Shown: positions 46,620-55,350 of the stretch, one piece after another
Position numbering within the stretch: position 1 is the first letter of the stretch
How the letters are laid out: each line of letters opens with the position of its first letter
Virus record (IMG/VR): IMGVR_UViG_3300033153_015063
Span: 178,597-242,596 of that record
Length of the DNA stretch: 64,000 nucleotides
Reading direction: 5' to 3' (one strand)
Program-made: the position numbers and the translations under genes
The notes under the pieces: model-generated
Told to the model about the DNA's origin: nothing
What the model saw: the letters and a program-made list of their open reading frames with translations, nothing else
The model's database searches: none

Positions 46620-47780
46620 TTAACCGTCACTCGTATTGAAGTACTGACCACATTTATCCTTGACGCAGAGACCCCAGTGTTTCAGGGTTGAACAGTTCGG
46701 GGTATTGTATGGTGGATCGTTGAAAGCTATCTGGTAGACTTGTATCTTCGTTTCCTCTTCACTCCAGTCAGCCATGTTGAGGTTCTTGAAAAACTCGATG
46801 ACTTTCTCAGGTGGCCACTTGTAGTAGTTGAGTAGTAGTACTGCCACGTAGAGTCTGGTGATGTGGGATGGTTCCGATGAACCCAATATATCGTTGTGGA
46901 TACATGGTTTTTGGAACATCTTTTTGATTACTTCTGTCTGTGGATGAGTGTAGTTTCCTTTGTATTGGCTATAGACAGCAATACCTTTACTACCACCCAT
47001 TTTCAACCAATCTTCTATCCTGATATCAAATCTTTCCATGAACTCATCCAACGTCAACAGGTCTTTTGTCCTATCAATAACCGGTTTGATAGGATGCCAC
47101 TTCTTACATCTCTTGATGATTGTGGCGTGGTTAAATTCCATCATAATATCGTTCGGGACGACCATACAGTAAGTATCCTTTACAAAGTATCGACTGTTCT
47201 TGAATTTCGAGTATCTGTATCCAGGCACTCTTACCAGACGCCGATAGTCGCCCTTTACACGGATATCAAGTGTCCGAAGTAACCTGAAGTTGCCTGGATT
47301 GACCAACTTATCATCATCACCCCGTTGCCATAACCACCCCTTTGCCCCAATCCAGTTCGAGACCGCCCTCAACTTGAGTTTGAGCTCTGTGGCCTGTTCT
47401 ATCTTCCTGATGGAGAAACGTTGTGGTTTCAGGATGACATAAGAGTGATAACCCTTTGAACCAGTAAAGATACCGACGTGCTGAAAATTCTCTTTCTCAC
47501 ACCATTCAATTATTTCCCTGATGTCACTCAGGGCGTGTTCTGGCTTCTTTTCATCGTCCAGGTCGTTATAGAGATGGTCCACGATACACCAGCGTCCTGG
47601 TTTGAAGCAGTAGAGGGAGACGAAGCAGCAGTAACCCATCTTCTCCCACATCTTCAGGGCGTTGAATAATTGCCGCTTATCAGATACCCGTTGTTGGTGT
47701 GGATTCCCCATGTAACGTGGCATCTTGACAAAGTTCAACACGTGACCGGTTTCGGAGTACCATTTTTCCTCGTCAACCAT
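46620..47780 (-). CDS. priS: archaeo-eukaryotic primase: PriS catalytic domain fused to a PriL Fe-S C-terminal domain
   Basis: NDLDD, FTGSKGYH and RLVRVPG; then PCI...SHITRL...PNCSTLKHWGLCVKDKC. Confidence 0.85.
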   Translation of the reverse strand: MVDEEKWYSETGHVLNFVKMPRYMGNPHQQRVSDKRQLFNALKMWEKMGYCCFVSLYCFKPGRWCIVDHLYNDLDDEKKPEHALSDIREIIEWCEKENFQHVGIFTGSKGYHSYVILKPQRFSIRKIEQATELKLKLRAVSNWIGAKGWLWQRGDDDKLVNPGNFRLLRTLDIRVKGDYRRLVRVPGYRYSKFKNSRYFVKDTYCMVVPNDIMMEFNHATIIKRCKKWHPIKPVIDRTKDLLTLDEFMERFDIRIEDWLKMGGSKGIAVYSQYKGNYTHPQTEVIKKMFQKPCIHNDILGSSEPSHITRLYVAVLLLNYYKWPPEKVIEFFKNLNMADWSEEETKIQVYQIAFNDPPYNTPNCSTLKHWGLCVKDKCGQYFNTSDG

Positions 47781-47781
47781 A

Positions 47782-47926
47782 TGGACTTGAGGGGTCTCGA
47801 ACCCCCATCTACCTATCGGGCATAATTACACACAGGTGTGCTAGCTGAGGTAAGAACAATGCCGAGCTGAAGAAGTTATGTTCTCATGTCCTTCAAGGCC
47901 GTTTTTTCCCATTAAACTACAAGCCC
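47782..47926 (-). tRNA. tRNA-like gene with ~70 nt of insertion in the anticodon region; anticodon unresolved
   Basis: Acceptor GGGCTTG/CAAGTCC plus discriminator A; T8A9; D arm GTTT-AATGGGAAA-AAAC; T arm GGGGG-TTCGAGA-CCCCT; 145 nt in total. Confidence 0.65.
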
Positions 47927-47970
47927 TTTTAATAACGTTGGGTATGGTCGTGGGGCGGGCGGTCGTTGGC

Positions 47971-49002
47971 TCAGATGAGTTCGATGTCCTCGTCTTCTTC
48001 TTCTTTCTTCGGTTTCTTGGCTTTGGCTTTGGCTTTGGACTTGGACTTCCCACCTTTCTTTGCTGAGGAGGCTTTTGTCTTTGCCTTGTCCTTTGGTTTC
48101 ATCGGACTGACCACGTAGTGGGCGATATACATCGGTTCACCCTCTGTCTCCTCATTCGTCTTTTTTCCATCGACTTCGACCTCTTTGACCACCTTCACGT
48201 TCTTTTTCGATGAGACGAGTACTGGGTAGAGGCCGGGTGTCATGTCGAGAAAGACGTGTTCGGTGCCGAACACTTTCACGACGTTCAGGAAGTGCTCAGT
48301 CATCTTGGTCTCGATGGGCCCCACGTCGTTCCAGTACTCGGTATCGTCGGTCTTGATATTGCCGTCATACGACCCGGCCGACCTGTCTCCCATGTGACCA
48401 CACTGGATGTTGAGATTCTCCTTGGTCAGTGTCACAGGAACGTAGTTGGTGTCCTTTTTACCTCCACCAGCCCAACTGAGTCCCCTGGATACCACCTTTT
48501 TCAGAGTACTCATCGAGACCTTCGCCCGGGCTACAGCCTCGGCGTTGGAGTACTTGATGCTTCGGATGTCTGGGTACTTCTCAGAGACCTCGACCAGCCT
48601 GTATGGGAACGTTTTCATGTTGTTCAGAGCTTTGGTTGACGCCTTCCTGGGGTGAACGAACCTCTCGACCCTGTCACCATCACCATCGAAAGATTCCACG
48701 ATGATGTTCTCCTTCTCGATGGTCATCTTGACGGTCTTCTCGGACTTGACGAATCCGGCCACCTCTGTCATTTTCTTCGTCTCCCACGTGAAGCTTTCCT
48801 TACCCACAACCTCCTCGAAGAATGGTTTGAAGTAGCTGTTGATGAGAATGACCATTGAATCGGTCCCGAGGGCGAGGACATCCACTGTCGCCTCGTCCTC
48901 TTTCTCATCATCCACGTTCACAACGACGCTCTCGAAATTGCCGTCACAGTGTAGATGTGCAGCAAGTTCGGAAAAGTTCTCGGTTGTCATCTCGATGTGC
49001 AT
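47971..49002 (-). CDS. divergent PCNA-like sliding clamp with Lys-rich tail
   Basis: Beta/alpha pattern with ALGTDSMVILI...FEEVVG resembling the PCNA N-terminus; replisome context; no strict motif. Confidence 0.5.
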   Translation of the reverse strand: MHIEMTTENFSELAAHLHCDGNFESVVVNVDDEKEDEATVDVLALGTDSMVILINSYFKPFFEEVVGKESFTWETKKMTEVAGFVKSEKTVKMTIEKENIIVESFDGDGDRVERFVHPRKASTKALNNMKTFPYRLVEVSEKYPDIRSIKYSNAEAVARAKVSMSTLKKVVSRGLSWAGGGKKDTNYVPVTLTKENLNIQCGHMGDRSAGSYDGNIKTDDTEYWNDVGPIETKMTEHFLNVVKVFGTEHVFLDMTPGLYPVLVSSKKNVKVVKEVEVDGKKTNEETEGEPMYIAHYVVSPMKPKDKAKTKASSAKKGGKSKSKAKAKAKKPKKEEEDEDIELI

Positions 49003-49032
49003 TTTCTCACCTTATCTTGATGGACTTTGATA

Positions 49033-50181
49033 TCAGAAATATACATCTTCATCTTCTTTTTTATTTTCATTTTCAGTCTTTTTTGCAGATGCGGTTGCCT
49101 CTTTTGAAAAAGAGATATCTTCGGGTTTTTTTGGCCCTTCAATCTCATTTTGTGGTTGAACCTCGTCATCTGAAGTGTTGGTTGAAGTTTCGTGATAGAG
49201 ACCACGTTCAACCAACGTCTCCCTCAGGTGTTTAAAGTCTCGTTCTTCATCAATACGGTCAAATACAGTGCATTTTTCCAAAAAATACATATGTTTCCAG
49301 TAAGTGACACGATTGACACAAAGTGTCCGGTCTTTTTTCTCCTTATTTTTTATGGTTCTTTTCAGGTCTGGGGTACCACCGTAACGGTTTTTTACATCAC
49401 GGGATTTTTCGAGGAATGCCCAGACATTAGCGGGGTTGTCGGGATCTTTGTGGAGGAAGATAGTGTTGTCAACTCTGAACCCATTATTCTTCTGGCCTGC
49501 GGGCCTTCGGCCAATGATTTTAAAACGTTCCTCTTTCGAGTAGACATCTTTGGCCGGTGCTGTCCAGATGAAGTTGACGCCACTCTTCTTCAGGGCATCA
49601 GCAACGTTGTTATGCTTTGGGTTGATGGCGTTGTAGTCGGTCATCGGGTCGAGACGTTCATTATCGTCCATTCTCATTTCACCGAGATTCATGTTCCGCT
49701 TGTGTTGGGTGTACCATTCCTGGGCCCCGGTTGAATCGTCCCACCACCCTGCGATGGTATCACAGATTATCCAGGCTGAATAGAAACCTTTTTCACCGAT
49801 TTCTTTTTCCTTAACCTTTTGCCACTCACGGCATTCGTATATATACCAGTCCACAAGTTTCTCGATATCGTTCATATCCTTTGGATATGCTATTTCGACA
49901 GATTGCATGTACTCATGTTTGAATTTTTTCAGAATGGGTTTAAACCCATAGTCGGTGTCGATGACCCTGATGCATATGTCCTCAGGTTCAAGACCGAGTA
50001 CCAGATGAAGGTAGTCGATCACGGAACAGGCAAAGTACGTTTTACCTGTCCCCTCTGGGCCGTAGATGAGAACTCCATGACGTCGTTCTTCGTCGTCGAT
50101 GGGATGGTCGAAGGTGACGTGTTCTACAGACTTTCTCTTTTTTATCCCTGGTGTCTTTATTTCTATAGCCAAACACGTCAC
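49033..50181 (-). CDS. RecA-fold ATPase (Sak4/RadB-like, AAA_24)
   Basis: LIYGPEGTGKT, VIDTDYG and IICDTI; next to the RPA-like gene. Confidence 0.7.
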   Translation of the reverse strand: MTCLAIEIKTPGIKKRKSVEHVTFDHPIDDEERRHGVLIYGPEGTGKTYFACSVIDYLHLVLGLEPEDICIRVIDTDYGFKPILKKFKHEYMQSVEIAYPKDMNDIEKLVDWYIYECREWQKVKEKEIGEKGFYSAWIICDTIAGWWDDSTGAQEWYTQHKRNMNLGEMRMDDNERLDPMTDYNAINPKHNNVADALKKSGVNFIWTAPAKDVYSKEERFKIIGRRPAGQKNNGFRVDNTIFLHKDPDNPANVWAFLEKSRDVKNRYGGTPDLKRTIKNKEKKDRTLCVNRVTYWKHMYFLEKCTVFDRIDEERDFKHLRETLVERGLYHETSTNTSDDEVQPQNEIEGPKKPEDISFSKEATASAKKTENENKKEDEDVYF

Positions 50182-50211
50182 CTCTGTTTTCTATCGTCCC
50201 ACTCTACCGGT

Positions 50212-51249
50212 TCACAGATCATCGAGCGATTGTTCACGTTCCTTTGCTTCGCCGCCCTCCAACCCGCCAGTCGTCCCGGTGTCAGAGGCGGCGGATTTGA
50301 TGGTCTCCTTGATGGGTTCGAGGACGTCCCCCTTGACCACGATGGGGTGGATGAGCCTACCGTCGATGATACGCTCTTCGGTTGGTTCTCCCTCGCCTGG
50401 GTTCTCGTTCTCACTTTTTCTGAGCCGACCGACGACCTGGACGATGGAGCCCTGTGGATAGACGACCTGCTCAGGAGACAGAAAGATGGTTATCTCCCGC
50501 TGGGAATGGTCTCCCTTCTTTGCCGCATCGACTTTCTGGCTGTCATCCACCAGAGTGATGATACCCCAGGGGTTGCCCTTCTTGTACCCACCGGATCGAC
50601 GCCCGACGATGCCCATCACGAGCTTGTAGTCACCGGCTTTACCCTTCGAGAGGTGGTCATCGAAATCGGCCAGCTTGACCGTCGGGAAGAGGTTGTTGAG
50701 AACGGATGCGATGGCAGGAGTTCCGTCGATTTCTTCAGAATCCTTGAACTTGGTGTTGTCCGAGCTGGAGAGGTTGTAGATGCCGTTCTTCTTTTCACCC
50801 CACAGGTTGACATCGTACCATGCACACCGCTTCAAGCCGCCGATCAAACCCGTCTGGTCGTTCCACAGAGTGACCTCGGCGAACATCAGCTCATCGTCCT
50901 TCCCGGCCTTCTCCTTGACCAACATGAAGACGTCGGTAGCCTTCCAGGGCTTACCTTCTTTGATACCTTTCCTGACGCTCTTCCAGTCGATGACCTGACC
51001 GATGAATGGTTTGGTCCCTCGCTGCACTTCGAGAAGCATCTCACCCTTCAGCGAAAGCCAGGCCATCTCATGGCGTTGTTCACCATCAAGGCTGCTCAAG
51101 AAGTCAGAGCTGTAAACTTCCTTGTACTTGCTCTTGATGTCTTTCATGTCGAGTCCGGTCTCTGTCTGGAACTCCTTCAGATTCTGGACGATGTCCTTTG
51201 GGACCTTCAGTTGCTTTTCATCTGCCATAGGGGATACCTCATCGTTCAA
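50212..51249 (-). CDS. RPA/SSB-like OB-fold protein
   Basis: N-terminal helical domain plus two OB-like repeats (AEVTLWNDQ; ITIFL...VQVVGRL). Confidence 0.65.
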   Translation of the reverse strand: MNDEVSPMADEKQLKVPKDIVQNLKEFQTETGLDMKDIKSKYKEVYSSDFLSSLDGEQRHEMAWLSLKGEMLLEVQRGTKPFIGQVIDWKSVRKGIKEGKPWKATDVFMLVKEKAGKDDELMFAEVTLWNDQTGLIGGLKRCAWYDVNLWGEKKNGIYNLSSSDNTKFKDSEEIDGTPAIASVLNNLFPTVKLADFDDHLSKGKAGDYKLVMGIVGRRSGGYKKGNPWGIITLVDDSQKVDAAKKGDHSQREITIFLSPEQVVYPQGSIVQVVGRLRKSENENPGEGEPTEERIIDGRLIHPIVVKGDVLEPIKETIKSAASDTGTTGGLEGGEAKEREQSLDDL

Positions 51250-51292
51250 CTTGAGTGACTATCAAAGTAATGGAATGTGTTTTTAAAGATTA

Positions 51293-53734
51293 CTATACCA
51301 GGATGTATTTACCAACATCTGGAGACTCTACTGTACCCTTTTCGATGAGAACCTGGATGATTCGATAGAGCTCTGATGTTCCTATCTGACACATCAGAGT
51401 CAACTGGTCGAATGGCACATACCCGTCCGCATCAACGGGACACTTGTGGATAGCTTCGACTACCATATTAAGATCCTCAGTGGTAGTCGAGATTTCATCT
51501 TCTTTCATAAAGGATCGAAGGTCGTTGAGTATCTTCTTGTAGACCTCCCTTCCGAGTGTGGTAAGTTTGTAGACGCCTCCTGATGGCCGAGTAATCAATT
51601 CCTCCCTGATGAGAACATTGATGTTCGTGAAGATAGTGTTTTCACTCTCACTAAATACTTTACATAAATCACTGAAACCTCTTCCGTTATGCCTCGCAAT
51701 CTCAGAATAAAGGCGATATTTGAGCTTTGCCTTTTTCTTCATGTTCTTGACAGCGATATACATCGAAGAGACGGTTTGACGGAACTGACCTTCCTCGATA
51801 AGCATAAGGTCGAACTCCCATCTTCTTTCGTACTCATCAAGAAGTTTTTCCAGTTGTCTGGCATGACGTTCTTTGATGTATATCTGTTGATCTGCATCCA
51901 ACTTGAAATCAATGAAAGCAATACCTTTAATCATTTTACGGAGATGGACCAGAAGGTCATTGGAGTATGGTTGTATATAGGACATCTCAAATCTGTTCTT
52001 TCTGGATACATATATTTGATTTATAATATCCTGCACACCATCTTCCCATATATAGTTTTTTTCGCTGTTCAATCCATCACAAAATATCTTTAACATCTTA
52101 AAATCTTCTGGACTGAGACCAATAACATCTCCATCCATGTACTTGTTATAGGCTGAGACCATCATAGTTGATGGGACGTCATCCTGTCCGAATGGCACAA
52201 CCAGGGTGAAGCGTTTCAGGTCAAAATAAGTAAAAGCCCCGGGCATTCCACTTTTCCATGCTGCATAGCGATGTGGGTAGTTGGAGAATTCCTCTTCGAG
52301 ATTCCAAGTTACTCCATACCTCGTAACAAAATCGACGGTCATGGTCTGTCCGGTGGTTCCTGCCCCACCGATAATCATTTTACCTTGAGGTAGTGCTTCC
52401 CGAAGGATACCGATAATTTCTTTGTTTGCCTCGGTCACACTGTCTATGAATAGTCGTCCGTGTATAGCTCTGAGGGCCTTACCCTTCAGCAGTTTCCACT
52501 CTCCACTTTCACTATCCCGCTTATGTTCATAGAACACCGTCCGTTTGATGTTCTCGCCCTGAAGGACAACATCACAATCCGCAGCCTTGTTGTCACTCAC
52601 ACTCTCATACCTTGAGATAAATGACAGACCAGCGTTGAAGATATCACTCTTTCCGACTCTCGAATCCCCGATGAAAGCTATGAACATTGGGTCGTCCGGG
52701 GCTGAGAAGCACCAGATGAGAAATAACTCTTTCTCGAAGTCACGACCACCAAGCCAGGGAGCCACAGTGTTCATCATCAACTCCAGGTTGTCGTCATAGG
52801 TTCCATTCAACCTATGACGGAAATTTGTCATCATTTCTTCTGTAATAACAGTATAACTGAAGCGTTTGTCTGTCTCGAACAACTCCATACACTCGAACAC
52901 CTTTCTTCCGGTATTGAACTGAGTGTTTTTAACCATCAGCTTGAGTTTGAGTTTGAGTTTGTTAGCAGATTCTATCTTTTGTAATAACTCTCGTTGATGT
53001 TTTTTGTCTTTACAAAATATGTAGCATGGGTATGCTTGTTCTACCTCATGTTCCCATGTCTCCATGTTGTTGTCGATATCTTTTATCGACAGTTTGATGA
53101 CGTCCTGATGTGTTGATGGTTCAATACGAATCTTCTTCTTTTTACAGACAGGGCACACCAGTTGTAATTCTTTGACAAGACGTATCTCCTCGCACTTCTT
53201 GATGCCACCCACCATTTTCAAGGAAATTTCTCTATCAATTTTTACGATGTCCTCCCAGCAACCTTTCTCACACCATGCATAAACGTGAGATGGGATAGTA
53301 TTGATTGTAAGTTCTGTCCATGTAACCTCTACTACCTGTGGGTTATCATCATGTGGTAATATGTCAATAAGTCTACCATACTTTATCGGGTTGGTATGAT
53401 ATTCACAATCATCAACGTGGAGAGCTGCGGCCTCTTTTGTAATAAGATCGCACTTGAAAACGCCGCTGCCAAGTTTATCTCGAATCTTGAAGATATCATC
53501 CTCGTTCTGGAGACCTTGACGGCGGGCCAAACGCCGGGCCATCGAGTCAAATATCTTACCATCCATTGTATCATATATCGACCTGATGCAGGCTAGAGCC
53601 ACTTTACAGGCATTGATGGGGTTCCCCCGAAAGCATGTCTCTGGGGCACGTTGATTGAACAGATACTTGATGCATGGTGGTAGATTGTCGATAGCTGCCC
53701 TGGGTGTGTTGGGATAATCAATTTTTTCAAACAT
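51293..53734 (-). CDS. mcm: MCM-like AAA+ helicase with N-terminal PriL-CTD-like Fe-S domain and C-terminal winged helices
   Basis: LPPCIKYLF...C...FKC...C...NPIKY; zinc motif CPVC...C; GDSRVGKS, GRLFIDSV and LKRF arginine finger. Confidence 0.7.
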   Translation of the reverse strand: MFEKIDYPNTPRAAIDNLPPCIKYLFNQRAPETCFRGNPINACKVALACIRSIYDTMDGKIFDSMARRLARRQGLQNEDDIFKIRDKLGSGVFKCDLITKEAAALHVDDCEYHTNPIKYGRLIDILPHDDNPQVVEVTWTELTINTIPSHVYAWCEKGCWEDIVKIDREISLKMVGGIKKCEEIRLVKELQLVCPVCKKKKIRIEPSTHQDVIKLSIKDIDNNMETWEHEVEQAYPCYIFCKDKKHQRELLQKIESANKLKLKLKLMVKNTQFNTGRKVFECMELFETDKRFSYTVITEEMMTNFRHRLNGTYDDNLELMMNTVAPWLGGRDFEKELFLIWCFSAPDDPMFIAFIGDSRVGKSDIFNAGLSFISRYESVSDNKAADCDVVLQGENIKRTVFYEHKRDSESGEWKLLKGKALRAIHGRLFIDSVTEANKEIIGILREALPQGKMIIGGAGTTGQTMTVDFVTRYGVTWNLEEEFSNYPHRYAAWKSGMPGAFTYFDLKRFTLVVPFGQDDVPSTMMVSAYNKYMDGDVIGLSPEDFKMLKIFCDGLNSEKNYIWEDGVQDIINQIYVSRKNRFEMSYIQPYSNDLLVHLRKMIKGIAFIDFKLDADQQIYIKERHARQLEKLLDEYERRWEFDLMLIEEGQFRQTVSSMYIAVKNMKKKAKLKYRLYSEIARHNGRGFSDLCKVFSESENTIFTNINVLIREELITRPSGGVYKLTTLGREVYKKILNDLRSFMKEDEISTTTEDLNMVVEAIHKCPVDADGYVPFDQLTLMCQIGTSELYRIIQVLIEKGTVESPDVGKYILV

Positions 53735-54266
53735 CTTTTAACACCTCGATAACTTCATTTAGATTGTAGTAATAAATCTCTGAATCGGTAAGGTCATCAA
53801 GGTCTATCTCACGGTGTTTTGCGAGATAATCTCTGACTATAACAGCACGTTTAATTTTACCATGTTCTGTCCAGAACCCGTCTGGCCAGTCCAGATGTTT
53901 GTCTGTGACCTGTTGAGTTATTCTGATGACCTGACCTGTCCAGTTCCTGGGCCATGGTTCTAATTTTCCTGGCACCGGAACTGAACGGAGTAACAGAGGG
54001 AACGTGACCCTGGCGTATAGTGACGGTTTGTGAAAGTATATAATAACCAGTGGAGACGAGAGATGATACTCTGCAAAGAAGGACCTTGTGAACTCCCACT
54101 CCTTAATCTGATAATCTTTGAGTCCTAGTATGTTGTACATCAGGTGCTTCAACAACCTGGTAGAGTTATAGATGCCGATATTTTTTGGTGTCCACGTCCC
54201 TCGTCGTAGTTTACCCCCTTCTCCTCGGAGTATCTTTTCATACTTCTCGATGAGACGGGACTTCAT
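53727..54266 (-). CDS. hypothetical protein
   Basis: First gene of the replication operon; TATA upstream. Confidence 0.55.
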   Translation of the reverse strand: MKSRLIEKYEKILRGEGGKLRRGTWTPKNIGIYNSTRLLKHLMYNILGLKDYQIKEWEFTRSFFAEYHLSSPLVIIYFHKPSLYARVTFPLLLRSVPVPGKLEPWPRNWTGQVIRITQQVTDKHLDWPDGFWTEHGKIKRAVIVRDYLAKHREIDLDDLTDSEIYYYNLNEVIEVLKDV

Positions 54267-54317
54267 AATGACTCTGAAAAACGTTGATGAGTTTATAAAG
54301 ATTTAGCTAATACACCA

Positions 54318-54361
54318 GTTACGCTTTTTACAGTTAAACAAGCTGAAAGTATATAAAGACC
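54318..54361 (+). promoter_or_regulatory. conserved promoter cassette, copy F
   Basis: TTACGCTTTTTACAGTTAAACAAGCTGAAAGTATATAAAGACC. Confidence 0.8.
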
Positions 54362-54376
54362 AATAGAAAGCTAGTA

Positions 54377-54712
54377 GTGGTGATGTATGTGGTTACAGGA
54401 GATGATATCCTTGACGCTATGCTGAACGGGACTGATGCTGAGTTCGCCGGGGTCCTTGAGAACTACTGGCACGAACTGGCCGTTGAGATGAAAGACAACG
54501 AGTATCTCCGAAAGAGAGAGCTCTTCGACCAGGTGTCCAACCCCGAGAACTGGAAACTCCCGACCCGACCGGTGGAGTTCGATACCCTGGATGAAGCTGA
54601 TGAGATGCTGTCTGCTATCACCCATTTTGTGGGTGGTGCTGAGATGTTGGGTCTCCCATCAGGGAAAATTGCTGTATGGTCGAAGGGTTACTATCATCAC
54701 ATCGGTGCGTAG
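54377..54712 (+). CDS. conserved phage hypothetical protein
   Basis: LFDQVSNPENWKLP...AITHFVGG...KGYYHHIGA; directly behind cassette F. Confidence 0.65.
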   Translation: MVMYVVTGDDILDAMLNGTDAEFAGVLENYWHELAVEMKDNEYLRKRELFDQVSNPENWKLPTRPVEFDTLDEADEMLSAITHFVGGAEMLGLPSGKIAVWSKGYYHHIGA

Positions 54713-54825
54713 TCGATCTATCCACTTCCCAACCCCCTCTTTTTTGGTCTCTCTTTTTTTCCACACACTATAATTGGCTGCACCTTACACTATAATAATC
54801 TATAAAAGGGAAAAGACTGGTTTAG

Positions 54826-55350
54826 TTGCTGATGGCTGTCAACACCAGTGAGAAAAAAACTGTTGGTAGCGACGGTAATGTCACTCTCCAGACGCCATTT
54901 CTTGCAATGATACTAGCTCTGGGCGTCTCGTTGTTGGTTATTATCATCTACACGAGTGGGCTTTTCAAGTACGCTTACACACTGTTTGTGGTGTATATGA
55001 TATATACCTCGATAGAGCGTCAAACAGAACCGATGGAAGTAAAAAAGCAGGAAAACCCTGGGTTGGTGAGGAAAGACCTTGGGATTGACGAGAACCATAT
55101 TATTTTTGGCGTCGATAAAATCGGTGGCATCAAAAAAGTTGATGATGTTGACGTTGATTCTGTAGAGTTGTTGATTGCTGAGCCAGATAACGCCAAAGAA
55201 ACGGACGATGATGAGTTGTGTTGGGTTATCTTTCGAGAGAGAGAGGGAAAGATAACAGAACATATCATCGTCCGTTCATTTATACTTGGTAGGATTATGA
55301 TTTATTCGTGGGGTGAAAACGATGGGCTCATTGAAGGAAGAGTTAGATAA
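54826..55350 (+). CDS. two-pass membrane protein
   Basis: Two adjacent hydrophobic helices; overlaps the ATPase start. Confidence 0.65.
   Translation: MLMAVNTSEKKTVGSDGNVTLQTPFLAMILALGVSLLVIIIYTSGLFKYAYTLFVVYMIYTSIERQTEPMEVKKQENPGLVRKDLGIDENHIIFGVDKIGGIKKVDDVDVDSVELLIAEPDNAKETDDDELCWVIFREREGKITEHIIVRSFILGRIMIYSWGENDGLIEGRVR

Noticed and set aside
49819-51258. 479-aa plus-strand ORF antisense to the RPA-like gene, and similar long shadow ORFs over the vWA, MoxR and clamp genes
   Set aside because: No motifs or RBS. These are explained by strong codon bias on the coding strand, which removes antisense stops.
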